The notes under the pieces are model-generated. The model ran no database searches, was not told the DNA's origin, and saw only the letters and a program-made list of their open reading frames with translations. Of a DNA stretch of 64,000 bases, positions 22,896 through 34,102 are shown piece after piece. Each line of letters starts with the position of its first letter. Positions within the stretch are counted from its first letter, which is position 1. This stretch comes from Neocallimastix sp. 'constans' (taxonomy: Eukaryota). The stretch spans positions 186,001-250,000 of the forward strand of contig JBODTK010000118.1 of the NCBI GenBank assembly GCA_050613775.1. Direction: 5' to 3'. The position numbers were made by a program, and so were the translations under genes.

Positions 22896-24332
22896 GTTTG
22901 ATTTTTTTTAAAAAAAAAAATAAAAAGAAAAAAAATAATGCAATAAAATAAAAAAATGAAATAAAAAATATATATAAATAAAAACAAAATTAATAATTTA
23001 TAAGCAATATAGATTAATCAGTAGATATTCTATAATAAATTATACAAAATATAAAAAAAAATATAAAAAATAAAAAGTAAAAAAATAAAAAAATAAAAAA
23101 AATAAAAAAAAATAAAAAATAAATAAAATAAAATAATATATAATAAATAATTAAACTAAAAAAAAAATATTATAAATAATATATTTAATAATTCAAAAGA
23201 GAAATTAAATAAATCATGTAAAAATAAAATATATAAATAAATAAATAAAAATGCAAATAAATAAATAAATAATTATAATATTAATAATATTAATAATATT
23301 AATAATTAAAGCAAATAACAACAAAACAAACAAACAAATAAACAAACAAACAAAAAAAAAAAATAAAAAAAAAATAAAAAAAAAAAAAAATAAATAAATA
23401 AATAAATAAATTAATAAATAAAAGAGTATAAATATATTTATATGAATAAATGAAAAGACATAATTTTTTTCTTTTCATTTAAACGTTTATTTTATATTAT
23501 ATTAAATTAATATTATTATATATAAATGTGTATCTCTCTCTCTCTATATATATATATATGTGTGTGTATTTATTTTATGAACTTTATTATGACAAAGTTA
23601 AAAAAAGAATAAAATATAAAATATAATAACAATATAAATAAAAGAAAAAAAAGTTTGATTTTTAAAAATAGTATTTTTTTCTCCACTGTATTACTACTAA
23701 ATAATTAAAAAAGTTATAAATATATATATATAGTTTAATATAATTAAAAAAAAAATATTATAAATATTATAATAATAATAATAATAATAATAATAGTAAT
23801 AGTAGTTGTAGTAGTAGTAGTAATAAAAATTTTGAAAAAATATATGTATTATTTTATTTTATTATTTTAATTTTTTTATTTAATGTAACTAAATTAAAAA
23901 TTATAAAAATTTGGAATATTTATAACCATGGTAAAAAAAAAAAAAAATTATTTATAATTTATATGTTATTAGAAAGTATAAATTATTGAATATTACTTAT
24001 ATTTTTATATAATATAAATTTAGTTTCAATGATTATTTATTTCTTTACTAATTATCATTATTTATTTAATATCATAATTATTTTCAATATCTATTATCTT
24101 TATTTTTTATAGTTTTTGGCTTCTAATTTATTATCTTTAATAATTATCATTATTATTCCCAATATTTATTATCATTTTTGAAGTTTTTGGTTTTTAATAT
24201 GTAGATATGATTATTATTATTATTAATTTAAACATAATGTATAGGATATTAAATGATGATTTTGTATAATAGATTATTGTATTTCTTTTTTCTTTTTTTT
24301 TTTTTAAAAAAAAAAAAAATATTAGTACTTAT

Positions 24333-25442
24333 TTATTCATTTTTATTTTTATAGGGATTATTGTTTTTCAAATACTAAATAATATATCAAAATAATAAAA
24401 TAAATATATTTTTAACAATTAAAATATAATAGTAAAAAAGTTAATATTTAAATATGGTAGTATTAGTAAAAAATATATTTATATATATATATTATAAAAA
24501 TTTGAATAGTAATTAGTTTTTATTTTTATGTATTATTATTAAATTTTATATAATTGATTATATATTTAATCCTTCTCCTTTTTTTTTAAACTACATACAT
24601 TCGCCAGCCAGTTAATTGGATCTTTAATTTCTTTTCCTTGACCTTCTTCATTTTTTTTAATATTTCTATATATATATGTAGATAATTTTTATTTTATATG
24701 TATATTAAATAAGTTTATTTGTTTAGTTGAATTTTTTGTTTTTGTCTTTGTTTGCTTCTATATATTATTAAAAAGATTTTTTTTTTAAACTAACTATATT
24801 AAATTTAATTAATATTAATATACATATATATATATAAACCATTAAAGATAATAATTACAATAGTAACTCTTCAATTCCTGGCATTAAAACATTAAATATG
24901 TTTTTTTTTAAATATTCTTTTGGGTCTATATTATCTTCTGAACTATCATTAGATAATCCATAACTTAAGGTACGATATTTTTGCTCATTTTCTTCTTTCT
25001 CTTTCAATTTTTTATCATCATATGCCTTTGAAACATTTAATAAGGGTCTATTGTAATCTTCAATGGATTCTGTTGAATTTAAATAGGTATATTTTTTTTT
25101 TTGTAATTTTTTTAATTCATTATCGGAAGAGTTATCTCCATATATATTTGTATCATATTTTTCATGAAAATAATCTAAAAATTCTTTATTTTCATTGTAT
25201 ATATTATCAATACTATTTTTTTTAAGTTCACTTAAATGTTTTTTAAGAAGATCTTGTTGACTTAATAAACTTTTTAAATTCGATAAATTATAGTTCACAG
25301 TTTCTTCTTCTTCTTCCTTTACTTCATTTAGATTTTCTTCTGTATTTAACATTTCATCATTAATAGTATTACTGGAAGAAGTGGCTTCTTCTTCTCCCTT
25401 TTTTATATTTACATTAATAATATCAACAGTTTCACTTGACAT
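24333..25442 (-). CDS. Coiled-coil protein with C-terminal Dpy-30/RIIa-like dimerisation motif
   Basis: Three exons ending DPKEYLKKNIFNVLMPGIEELL..KDPINWLANYLKNNNPY, matching the YL..L.PG..LL..DP..WLA.YL..NP pattern. Confidence 0.7.
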
Positions 25443-25935
25443 TTTTTTATTATTATTATTTTTACTATTTTTACTTAATTTTTATTTTATTTTATTTTTT
25501 TATTTTATTTTATTTTATTTTATATTTTAATTTGTTCTTTTAATTTTTTTTTTTTTCAAATTACTTATAAATTATTTAAATATTTTAAGTACTAATAAAG
25601 AAAATTAAATATTGATAATAAAAAAACAAAAAACAAAAACAAAAACAAAAAAAAAAAAAAAATATTAAAAATTAAAAAAAAAAAGTTGCCAATTTGTTGT
25701 TTTAAAAGTTAATTTGTTACATTTAATTTTTTTTTTTAAATTTATATTATAAAAAAAAATAACAAATTAGATATTTAATTTAAAAAAAGAAAAAAAAAAC
25801 TTTAAAAATTAATATATATATAATACAGTATAAAAAAAATTTTTTTTTTTATTTTTTAATTCTTTTAAATTTTAAATTCTTATATTTTGTTTTATTTATT
25901 ACTATTTATTAAATGAAATTTTTGTAGTATATAAA

Positions 25936-26227
25936 ATGATGGATAAAAATGACTATCCATTTAAAACCGAAGTGAGTCCTTCTGATATTTATCAAATTAT
26001 AATTGAGTTTTTTAAAAATAAAAAAGAACTAAGTGACGATGTTTTAGAATGGTAGCAAAAATAATAATTTGTTATAATAATAAATAAATTGTAATAATTG
26101 TTTTAATAAAATATTTTTAATATATATATATATATATATATAAATGTATATATAATTATTTAGGTTATATTGTAACTATGCTGATATTGCATTAGATGCA
26201 TTAAATATTATTGATAAATTTAAAAGT

Positions 26228-26266
<39 letters not shown>

Positions 26267-27132
26267 CAACTTTTTTTTATTATATTCTATTATTATTTTT
26301 TTATTATTTAATATATTTAATAAATAATCTTTCTTTATGAATTTTATAATAAATTTAGTACAAAAAATAATTTCAAATTCAAATCAAATCTTATATAGAG
26401 TTAACATTAATAAATTTGAAAAAGTTATTTGTCTACCTGAAGTTTATTACTGGTAATTTATTTTAAATACTAAATTTATATATACATATGCAAAATTAAT
26501 ATTTTTTTAAAAAAAAAAAGAAAAAAAAGAAAAAATAAAATACAAAAAAAATTAAATATTAAAAAAAAAAACATAAATTAAAAAAAAGGGGAATTAAAAA
26601 GAAATTAATATTATTTTTTATCTAATAACATAATTATTTTTTTCATCTTAAATATTATTTAGTTCTTGCGATAAATATATTACTGAAGGTAAATATTATT
26701 TTATTTTTATTATCATTATTTTTATTTAATTTAGTTTTTTTTATATATATATATATTTGAAATTTAATAAAATAGCTCTAATATGAAATCTGATTATTTT
26801 TTATTACATAAATTTTCAAAAACTTCAAAATATAAAAAAGTAATTGTATTTCAAAAAGAAAATATGGTAAATAAATATATATATATAAATTATTAATAAA
26901 TAAATAGATAAATAAATAAATAATAGAAATATATATATTGAATATTTAAGAAGTAATTAATTAATTAAATAATTAATATTTATTTATGCTATTAAAAAAA
27001 ATTTTTTTTTTTTAATACTTAAAATAGTGTGCCCATTTATTATCTTCTATCATTGTACATAATATACCCATAAATATTGATGAAATCAAATTATCCAATG
27101 AAGATTTTGCAAAAGTTTTAATGTCTATGTAA
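25936..27132 (+). CDS. ZSWIM7: SWIM zinc-finger protein ZSWIM7/Sws1 (Shu complex)
   Basis: Six small exons give ALDALNIID..VICLPEVYYCSCDKYITEVIVFQKENMCAHLLS (CxC-x15-CxH). The small size is typical of the family. Confidence 0.8.
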
Positions 27133-27513
27133 ATTTATAAATACCTTGAAAAAAAAAAAAAAATATTTTTCTATCATTAACAATTACAATACTATTAAAA
27201 AAATAATAAAAGATAAAAATAAAATTATTTTTTCTTTTTTTTTTTATATTCATATCTTTATATATTTATTAATAAATAAATCTATTAAATGATATAATAA
27301 AATATTTATACCAACATATATTTTGTGACAATAAAATGTCCTCTTAACTAAAACTATCATGATTTTATTATAATTACTATTATAATAATAGTAATAATAA
27401 TAAAAATCATAATAAAATATTTATTTTATTAATAAAAGATTTTCTTTTTGTTTTTGTTTTATTGAAATAAGAATAATATAATACTTAAAAAGAAAAGAAA
27501 AAGGTGTTTTATG

Positions 27514-27549
<36 letters not shown>

Positions 27550-27674
27550 TAAAAATATTATATTTGAAGTACCAAACACTATATCACGATTTTTATTGGA
27601 TATAACGAATTAAAAAATTATATATAATTAAAAATGGATGATTAACTATAAATAATAATATTATAATATATAAT

Positions 27675-29155
27675 TATAATTGTTAAAGAGTCAGGAATTT
27701 TGGGTTTTTAAATATGCCAACTTTATTAATATATTTTATGATAAAAAATTATTAGCACTTAAATAATTAATCTTAATTAAATACTTTTATATTAATACAT
27801 TATAGCTTATATATTAATTATATATATTTCAAAGCCAAAAATTATGTGTTTAATCTAATTACATCTTTAATATTGGATATATTTAAGACATCTCTAGTTA
27901 CATTTAGCATATGTTTTTGCCTAACTATTAGATTCGTCTGGTATCTAAATTCTAGAGGCGGACTGTTTAACAAAATCTTTAGTTAGTAAAATTAGAGCCA
28001 TGGTTTAATGATAAGTTACTGTAGCCATGTCCATTACTTCATGGGTTCGACTCACACTTCAACGCATTTTTGTAAAAAATTTTTTTTTTATTAATTATTA
28101 TTAATAATTTCTTTAATATTCTTTCTGAATTAAAAATTATAGAAATTCAAAGATTCTTTTGGTTTGTATTATAGCCAAAACGAATTTAGAAATTTGTATT
28201 TTGGAAATTATATTATTCTTTTTTCAATAAGATTCATTTTCATCAATTAAAATCTAATTCAGGAACTTTGATACTTTTAATTATTACTAATAGTTTTCTA
28301 AACACTTCTATAATGTTATTTATACATTTTAAAATTGTTTTTCCTTTAAAAGTATGAATAGTACGGACTTCACGAATGAAAATATTTTTCTTCGTATTAT
28401 TTTTAAATAACAATTAAGAAATTCGAAATATTACATCAGTTAATTAATAATAATTATCATCTAAATTTTTTTTTTTATGGATTAATTAAACATTTTATTA
28501 TAAAGCTTGTTTTTCTTTTTTTCTAAAGTGTACTGACTTGTCGGATCAACCCAATCCTTACACTTCACTCAGTTCTTATATTCTTTAAAATAATTTGTTA
28601 AAATTATCTAAATACAGATTAAAGGCATCGTTTCGAATTTCTAATTTCTTTACTTTCGTTTCGATTTCATATAGTCCGGATTGGCCTGTTTCTGAAAAAA
28701 AAATTTTTTTTTTTTTCTTTTTTTTAAATTCTTTTATCATTAAATATACGCACTTGTGTAATTTTTTAAAAGACTTTTTGTATATTCATTGAGGCTGTTC
28801 AATATTAAAGTCATAACAGTACTATTATACTTTAAATGTTTTATATTGATGTTTATATTTTTATATTCTTTGATATATAACTACCCAATATAATATTTGT
28901 GAAAGTTTTCATTTGTAATTTTAAAATCTTGAATATGAAATTTATTAATTGCATTCGTTTGAATATTTGGGGATTCTACTACAACGGGGACGTCAGTAAC
29001 TGTTGTATTTGATGTATTTGTTGCTTTTGTTGAAGTTTTTTTAGAATTACCTATGGTATCTTTATTTTAATATTTTACGAATGTTTAATACGTTGAATTC
29101 CAATATTAATAATTATTAATGATTCACTAGATCAGTTAGTCTCTTAATCTGTTAA
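27675..29155. mobile_element. Decayed DNA-transposon-like element with stop-interrupted minus-strand reading frame
   Basis: Both ends resemble the 7340-7490 repeat. The ends are imperfect inverted repeats (GTTAAAGAGTC versus GTCTCTTAATCTGTTAA). The minus strand of about 28500-29050 reads as protein-like fragments broken by stops. Confidence 0.45.
27994..28066 (+). pseudogene. tRNA-derived pseudogene, Gly(GCC)-like
   Basis: 73 nt with A-box TGGTTTAATGAT, TAGCCAT loop, B-box GGTTCGACTC, 3' end TCAACGCA and a T5 run. Acceptor and anticodon stems do not pair. Confidence 0.65.
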
Positions 29156-29394
29156 ATATGACATTTAAATCGGAAATGATATTTATATTTTATGATTTTA
29201 TTTATTTTTCTTATTGCTTTTACCTTAGGAAAGGCCTATTCATTTAAGAATATATCATAACATGTTATTTATAATCATTTTTCTATAATAGTTTAACATT
29301 AATGGTAACATTTAAGGTTACACTACATAATACTATCAAACAGAAATATTTTATTTATATATTTATTATTATTAGGGATAAATAATTATGATAA

Positions 29395-29755
29395 GAGTGT
29401 GTGTCATTTCGCAAAAATTCATTTCGGAAAAGTTTCATTTCGCAAAATTTTAATAAATAGATAAATAAATAATAAAATAAATAAATAAATAATAAAAAAA
29501 TAAAAAAAAAAAAAGAATTATAAAATATAAAATAAAAAATATAAAATAAAAAATAAAAAATAAAAAAATAAAATAAAAAAAAAAAGAATTATAAAATATA
29601 AAATAAAAAATATAAAATATAAAAATATAAAAAAAAAAAAAAAAATATAAAGTATAAAATATAAAAATATAAAATAATAAAAAAAAATATAAAGTATAAA
29701 ATATAAAAAAAATATAAAATATAAAATATAAAATATAAAATAAAAATAAAAAATA

Positions 29756-29797
<42 letters not shown>

Positions 29798-30727
29798 AAA
29801 AATAAAAAATAAAAATAAAAAATATAAAATAAAAAATAAAAAATAAAAAATATAAAATAAAAAATAAAAAATAAAAAATAAAAAAAAAAATATAAAAAAT
29901 ATAAAAAATATAAAATATAAAATAAAAATATAAAATATAAAATATAAAATAAAAAAAAATATAAAATATAAAATAAAAATAAAAAATATAAAATATAAAA
30001 TATAAAATAAAAATAAAAAATATAAAATATAAAATATAAAATAAAAAAATTGATACCACCTAAAATCATCCTAATTTTGTGCTACTTTTAGCTCCCTTTT
30101 TTATGATGTCCTCATCTTTTTTTTTTTTTTTTTTTTTTTACTGAATTATTTATAAATATTTCTTTTATTAAAAAAATTTATTAGCAATTTAAGATTTTTA
30201 AAATACTGCGCAAGGACTTAAAAGGTGTAAAATGATCAATTAGTTATTTAAATATTATTTTTTAATATTTTTTTTAATAATTATATTTTAAATTTAACAA
30301 TTATATTTTAAATTATATCCTTTACATCTTTTAAATTATTAATACTTATTTTTTTTATATATATAAAATTCTTATATATATTTTAAAAAATTATAAAACG
30401 TTTAAAACATATGATAAAATATTTTATTTTTTTAAAGCGTTAATTCTAATGAATATTTATTATTATATAATGTATATTTAATATATATATGACCATACAT
30501 ATATATATATTTTTTTTTTAAAAATTTAATTTTAAAATTTATTTATTTATTATAGTTTTATATATTTATTTTTATTTATTTAGTTTTTTATTTAAAATAT
30601 ATATAATATTTATTTATTTTATTATTAATTTATTTATTTATTAAAAATTTTACGAAATGAAACTTTTTATGTAAATTTTCCGAAATGAAACTTTCCGAAA
30701 TGAAATTTTGCGAAATGCTCCTCCCCC
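29395..30727. mobile_element. Non-autonomous Mutator-like (MULE/foldback-type) element
   Basis: Perfect 9-bp direct repeat TTATGATAA at 29386-29394 and 30728-30736. TIRs begin with G and are built from CATTTCG(C/G)AAAA subrepeats. The interior is low complexity with no transposase. Confidence 0.85.
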
Positions 30728-30791
30728 TTATGATAATATTGTATAAACCATTTATTTATTTATTTTTATTTATTTATTTATTTATTTGTTT

Positions 30792-30822
<31 letters not shown>

Positions 30823-31779
30823 TTTATTTATTATGACTTATATAATAATTTATTTATTTATTTATTTATTTATTTATATAATAATAACAATTAATAATAA
30901 TAATTATATTAATATAGTAACAAATAAAAAATTAATAAATATTTTTTGTTTGAAAATGTAATTTAGATTTTTGTTTATTTATTTATTAAACTCGTCTTTT
31001 TAATAATTATAAAATTACATGTTATAATCAGCATGAGCAGTACATTATTTGGTATATGTTCTAGTACGTAGTCTACATAAATATTCTAAGTGTGTAACAC
31101 AAATCATAAAATATTATAAAATAAATTATTAAACAAAATAATAACTAAAATAAACTTTATATTTCAACAATATTTAATAATTAATGATAGATGAAACATA
31201 AATGAAATAGTAATAAATAATAAATAATAATAATAATAAAATTAATATTGTTATATGATTATAAAAATATTAATGGAAAGTTTTATATTTAAATTATTAT
31301 TAGTTAAACTTTTTAATTATATTTAAAATAAAATATGACAAAAAAAAAAAAAAAAAAATTAATTTAAACCTTTTTCATAAAAAGAAATATTATTAGTCAT
31401 TCTTTAGAATAAATAATAATAATAATAAAAATAAAAATAAAAATAAAAATAGTTAATATTCCATTTATGTTCTAATTTTTACTTTTATACTTTTTGTTTT
31501 TTTTTATTCATTTATATTAATAAAAAAAAAAAGTATAGATATCTACGTTATTCTTTATTTCTTTTCTATTTTAAATATATATATACATATTTTTATTGTT
31601 TTTTATATATATATATATAATTTAGTTTAATTAAAAAAAAACAAAAAATATCAATACTCAAACTATTTTGAAAAAATATATATATTTTTTTTTGTAAAAA
31701 CAGTAATATATATAAATAAAAAAGAATTAAAATAATAATAAAAAAAAAAGAATATATTTAAATAAAAAATAAAAATAAA

Positions 31780-32344
31780 ATGTTAAGTAGTAATGAAAGA
31801 ATTTGTGCTTTAGATGAAAACTTCGTTTCTAAAAAACGTACAGTTTTTCAAATTGAAAATTCAACAAAGTTATTGTATAAAATTAATTATAAAGTATACA
31901 ACAAAAATGGAAAAGAATTATATCAATGTGAAAAAGGTAAATTTTGTGATGTGATACACGATAATGTTATTTTTGAATATGAAAAAAAAAAATCATTTTA
32001 CATCAATAGATTTAATCATTCAGAAACCAAATTCATCTTATAAGGTCATTTTCAAAAAAAAATTTGGAAATAGTATTGACATTGTATTATCTAATGAAGC
32101 TCTTAATGAAACAGCAAATTTAAAAATGAAAGGTCACTTTTTAAAAAATAATTTTGAAATTTATAATCAAGATAATTCTTCTTTACTTTGTTCATTTAAA
32201 AAGAATGGTATATTCAGTAAAATGTATACAATAGAAGTTGAAAAAGGAGTGGATTCTGTTCTTATGATGATGATTGTTTTTATTTTAATAAATATGATTC
32301 AAAGAACTCGAACTGCTGCTGCTTCATCTGCTGCTGCTGCTTAA
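31780..32344 (+). CDS. LURP-one/Tubby-C-like (LOR family) protein, intronless, one frameshift
   Basis: Two overlapping ORFs join into about 187 aa if one base is removed near 31970-31992. Motifs: ICALDENFV, YKVYNKNGKELY, LKMKGHFLKNNFEIY, YTIEVEKGVDSVLMMMIVFIL. Confidence 0.75.
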
Positions 32345-33583
32345 TCTACATAAATTATATAATTAAAAATATATAATTGTAAAAGTTAAAAAAAAAAACG
32401 ATTACTAAAAATTCGTTTATATATATTATTAAAAATTAATTTTTTTTTAAAAAAATTTAAATAAATATTTTATTTATTTATCGTATTATATTATATTATT
32501 ATGTCAATTATAATTTAAAACAAATTAAAAAAAAAAAAAAAAAAAATTATCTATTCAAATGAATAAATAATTTGAATATAAAGTTTAAAAATATCTTATA
32601 TAATATTTAAAAAATTATAATTTATATATAAAAAAAAAAAAATAAAAAAAATTAAAAAAAAATAAAAATAAAAAGAATAATAAATAAATAAACAAAAAGA
32701 TTGGTAAAAAAAAATAAAGTTTTAGTTTTAGTACAAATATATAATATATAATATATAAAAAATTATAATTTATATATATATATATATATAAAAAAAAAAA
32801 AAAAATAAAATAAAATAAAATAAAAGGAATTAAAAAAAATAAAAATAAAAAGAATAATAAATAAATAAACAAAAAAGATTGGTGAAAAAAAGTAAAATTA
32901 TAGTATTAGTTCATGATTATGAAATTTTCAACGTTTATTTGATTTTTTTTTTTTTTAAAACTGAAAAGAAAAATTTGTTTTTAAAAAAAATTTTTTTATA
33001 CTTCTTTTAAAATAAAAGGACAAATTTATAAATAAAAATTCCTTCCCTCTTAAAATAAAATAGAAGGATTGAATTTTGTTATTATACCAATAACATTATT
33101 ATATAAAAAAAAAAAATAATAATAATAATAATAATAATACTAAGAAAATAAAATTGGTTATAAAATATTTATTGTAATACCAAAAAAAGAATTAATATTA
33201 GCAATTTAAAAAATTTTTTTTTCATCAAAAATTGGAATTTTTTAAATTATAATGATATTAAATAAATTATATCAAAAATAATTAACTATATTCATATATA
33301 AAAATTGTATTAATAAAAAAACCTATATAAATAAATATAAAAAATATATTTATATACAAATAGTAAAAGAAAAGCCCATAAATTCGAAATCCACAGAAAA
33401 AAAGAAAAAATTTTTTAATGTTTTAAAATTTATTTATCTTATTTTAATCTATTTTTTATTATTATCTATTATCTAAAACTAAAACTAATTGATTATTAAT
33501 TTTTTTCTTATTCATTTATTAATAATTTTTGTATAATTTACTTCATTAATTTTCTCTTTAATCCATATATTTCCACTTTATAT

Positions 33584-33960
33584 CCAAGGATTAGTACTTG
33601 GTACTAATACACATAAGGTTTCTGGATCGATCCTGTGACCACCAGGGTGTTTTTCCCTACTAATGAAGTTGATTTTTCTTTCGTCATGGTAAGTATTCCT
33701 GTACAATTAAACTATATAATTGCTATTGCGGAGAGCACTTGATCTGTGAGAGGATTAGTGTAGTTGTTCCTTCCTTCCTTGATGATAATTCAAGAGATCA
33801 CTAAAAAGAAGTCCGTCGTAAAAAGCGGCGTATAAGGAATGTCTTTCATTATTAGTCTGGCTTAGGGAGAGGTCCGAGTCGAAACGATATAGCAAAGAAC
33901 CCGGTGAGAGTCTGAAGAGTTGATATGAGAGACTGTAGTTCCTCTCTCGTTAATTCCTGT
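33584..33960. other. GC-richer island of unknown nature (candidate structured ncRNA or gene/retroelement relic)
   Basis: Sharp compositional contrast with the flanks, several inverted repeats and no complete recognisable gene. Confidence 0.4.
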
Positions 33961-34060
33961 TTAAAAAAATTATCTATTTCGTCATTAAAAAAATTTATTT
34001 TATTAATTTTTCTAAATATTTTATTAATTAATAAAACCTTTTTTTCCCTTCTTCTATATT

Positions 34061-34102
<42 letters not shown>

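Noticed and set aside
25685..25700. RFX X-box upstream of the Dpy-30-like gene
   Set aside because: Only a GTTGCC half-site, and no comparable full motif upstream of DNAI4 or the UBE2U-like gene.
27994..28066. Functional tRNA gene
   Set aside because: Acceptor and anticodon stems do not pair, so it is recorded as a pseudogene.
29518..30069. F/Y/I-rich 183-aa and 156-aa ORFs
   Set aside because: Low-complexity A/T interior of the non-autonomous element, with no coding signal.
29400..30720. CRISPR-like array from the CATTTCG repeats
   Set aside because: Short units with no unique spacers, arranged as inverted termini, in a eukaryotic context with no cas genes.
33600..33696. U1 snRNA on the minus strand (ATACTTACC)
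   Set aside because: Only 9 nt match. The U1-70K loop, U1A loop and Sm site are not recognisable; it is better read as a plus-strand splice-donor-like sequence.
33736..33750. TPP riboswitch (ACTTGATCTG)
   Set aside because: The following GATAATACCAGCG-type hairpin and upstream CTGAGA motif are missing.
33860..33945. Hammerhead ribozyme (CTGAAGA and GAAAC) or RNase P/SRP motifs
   Set aside because: Required stem II pairing is absent. RNase P P4 and SRP helix-8 geometry cannot be built.
33584..33960. Telomerase RNA
   Set aside because: There is only a single CCCTAA on the minus strand with no alignment extension. GAAGAGTTG is not followed by a P6.1-forming complement.
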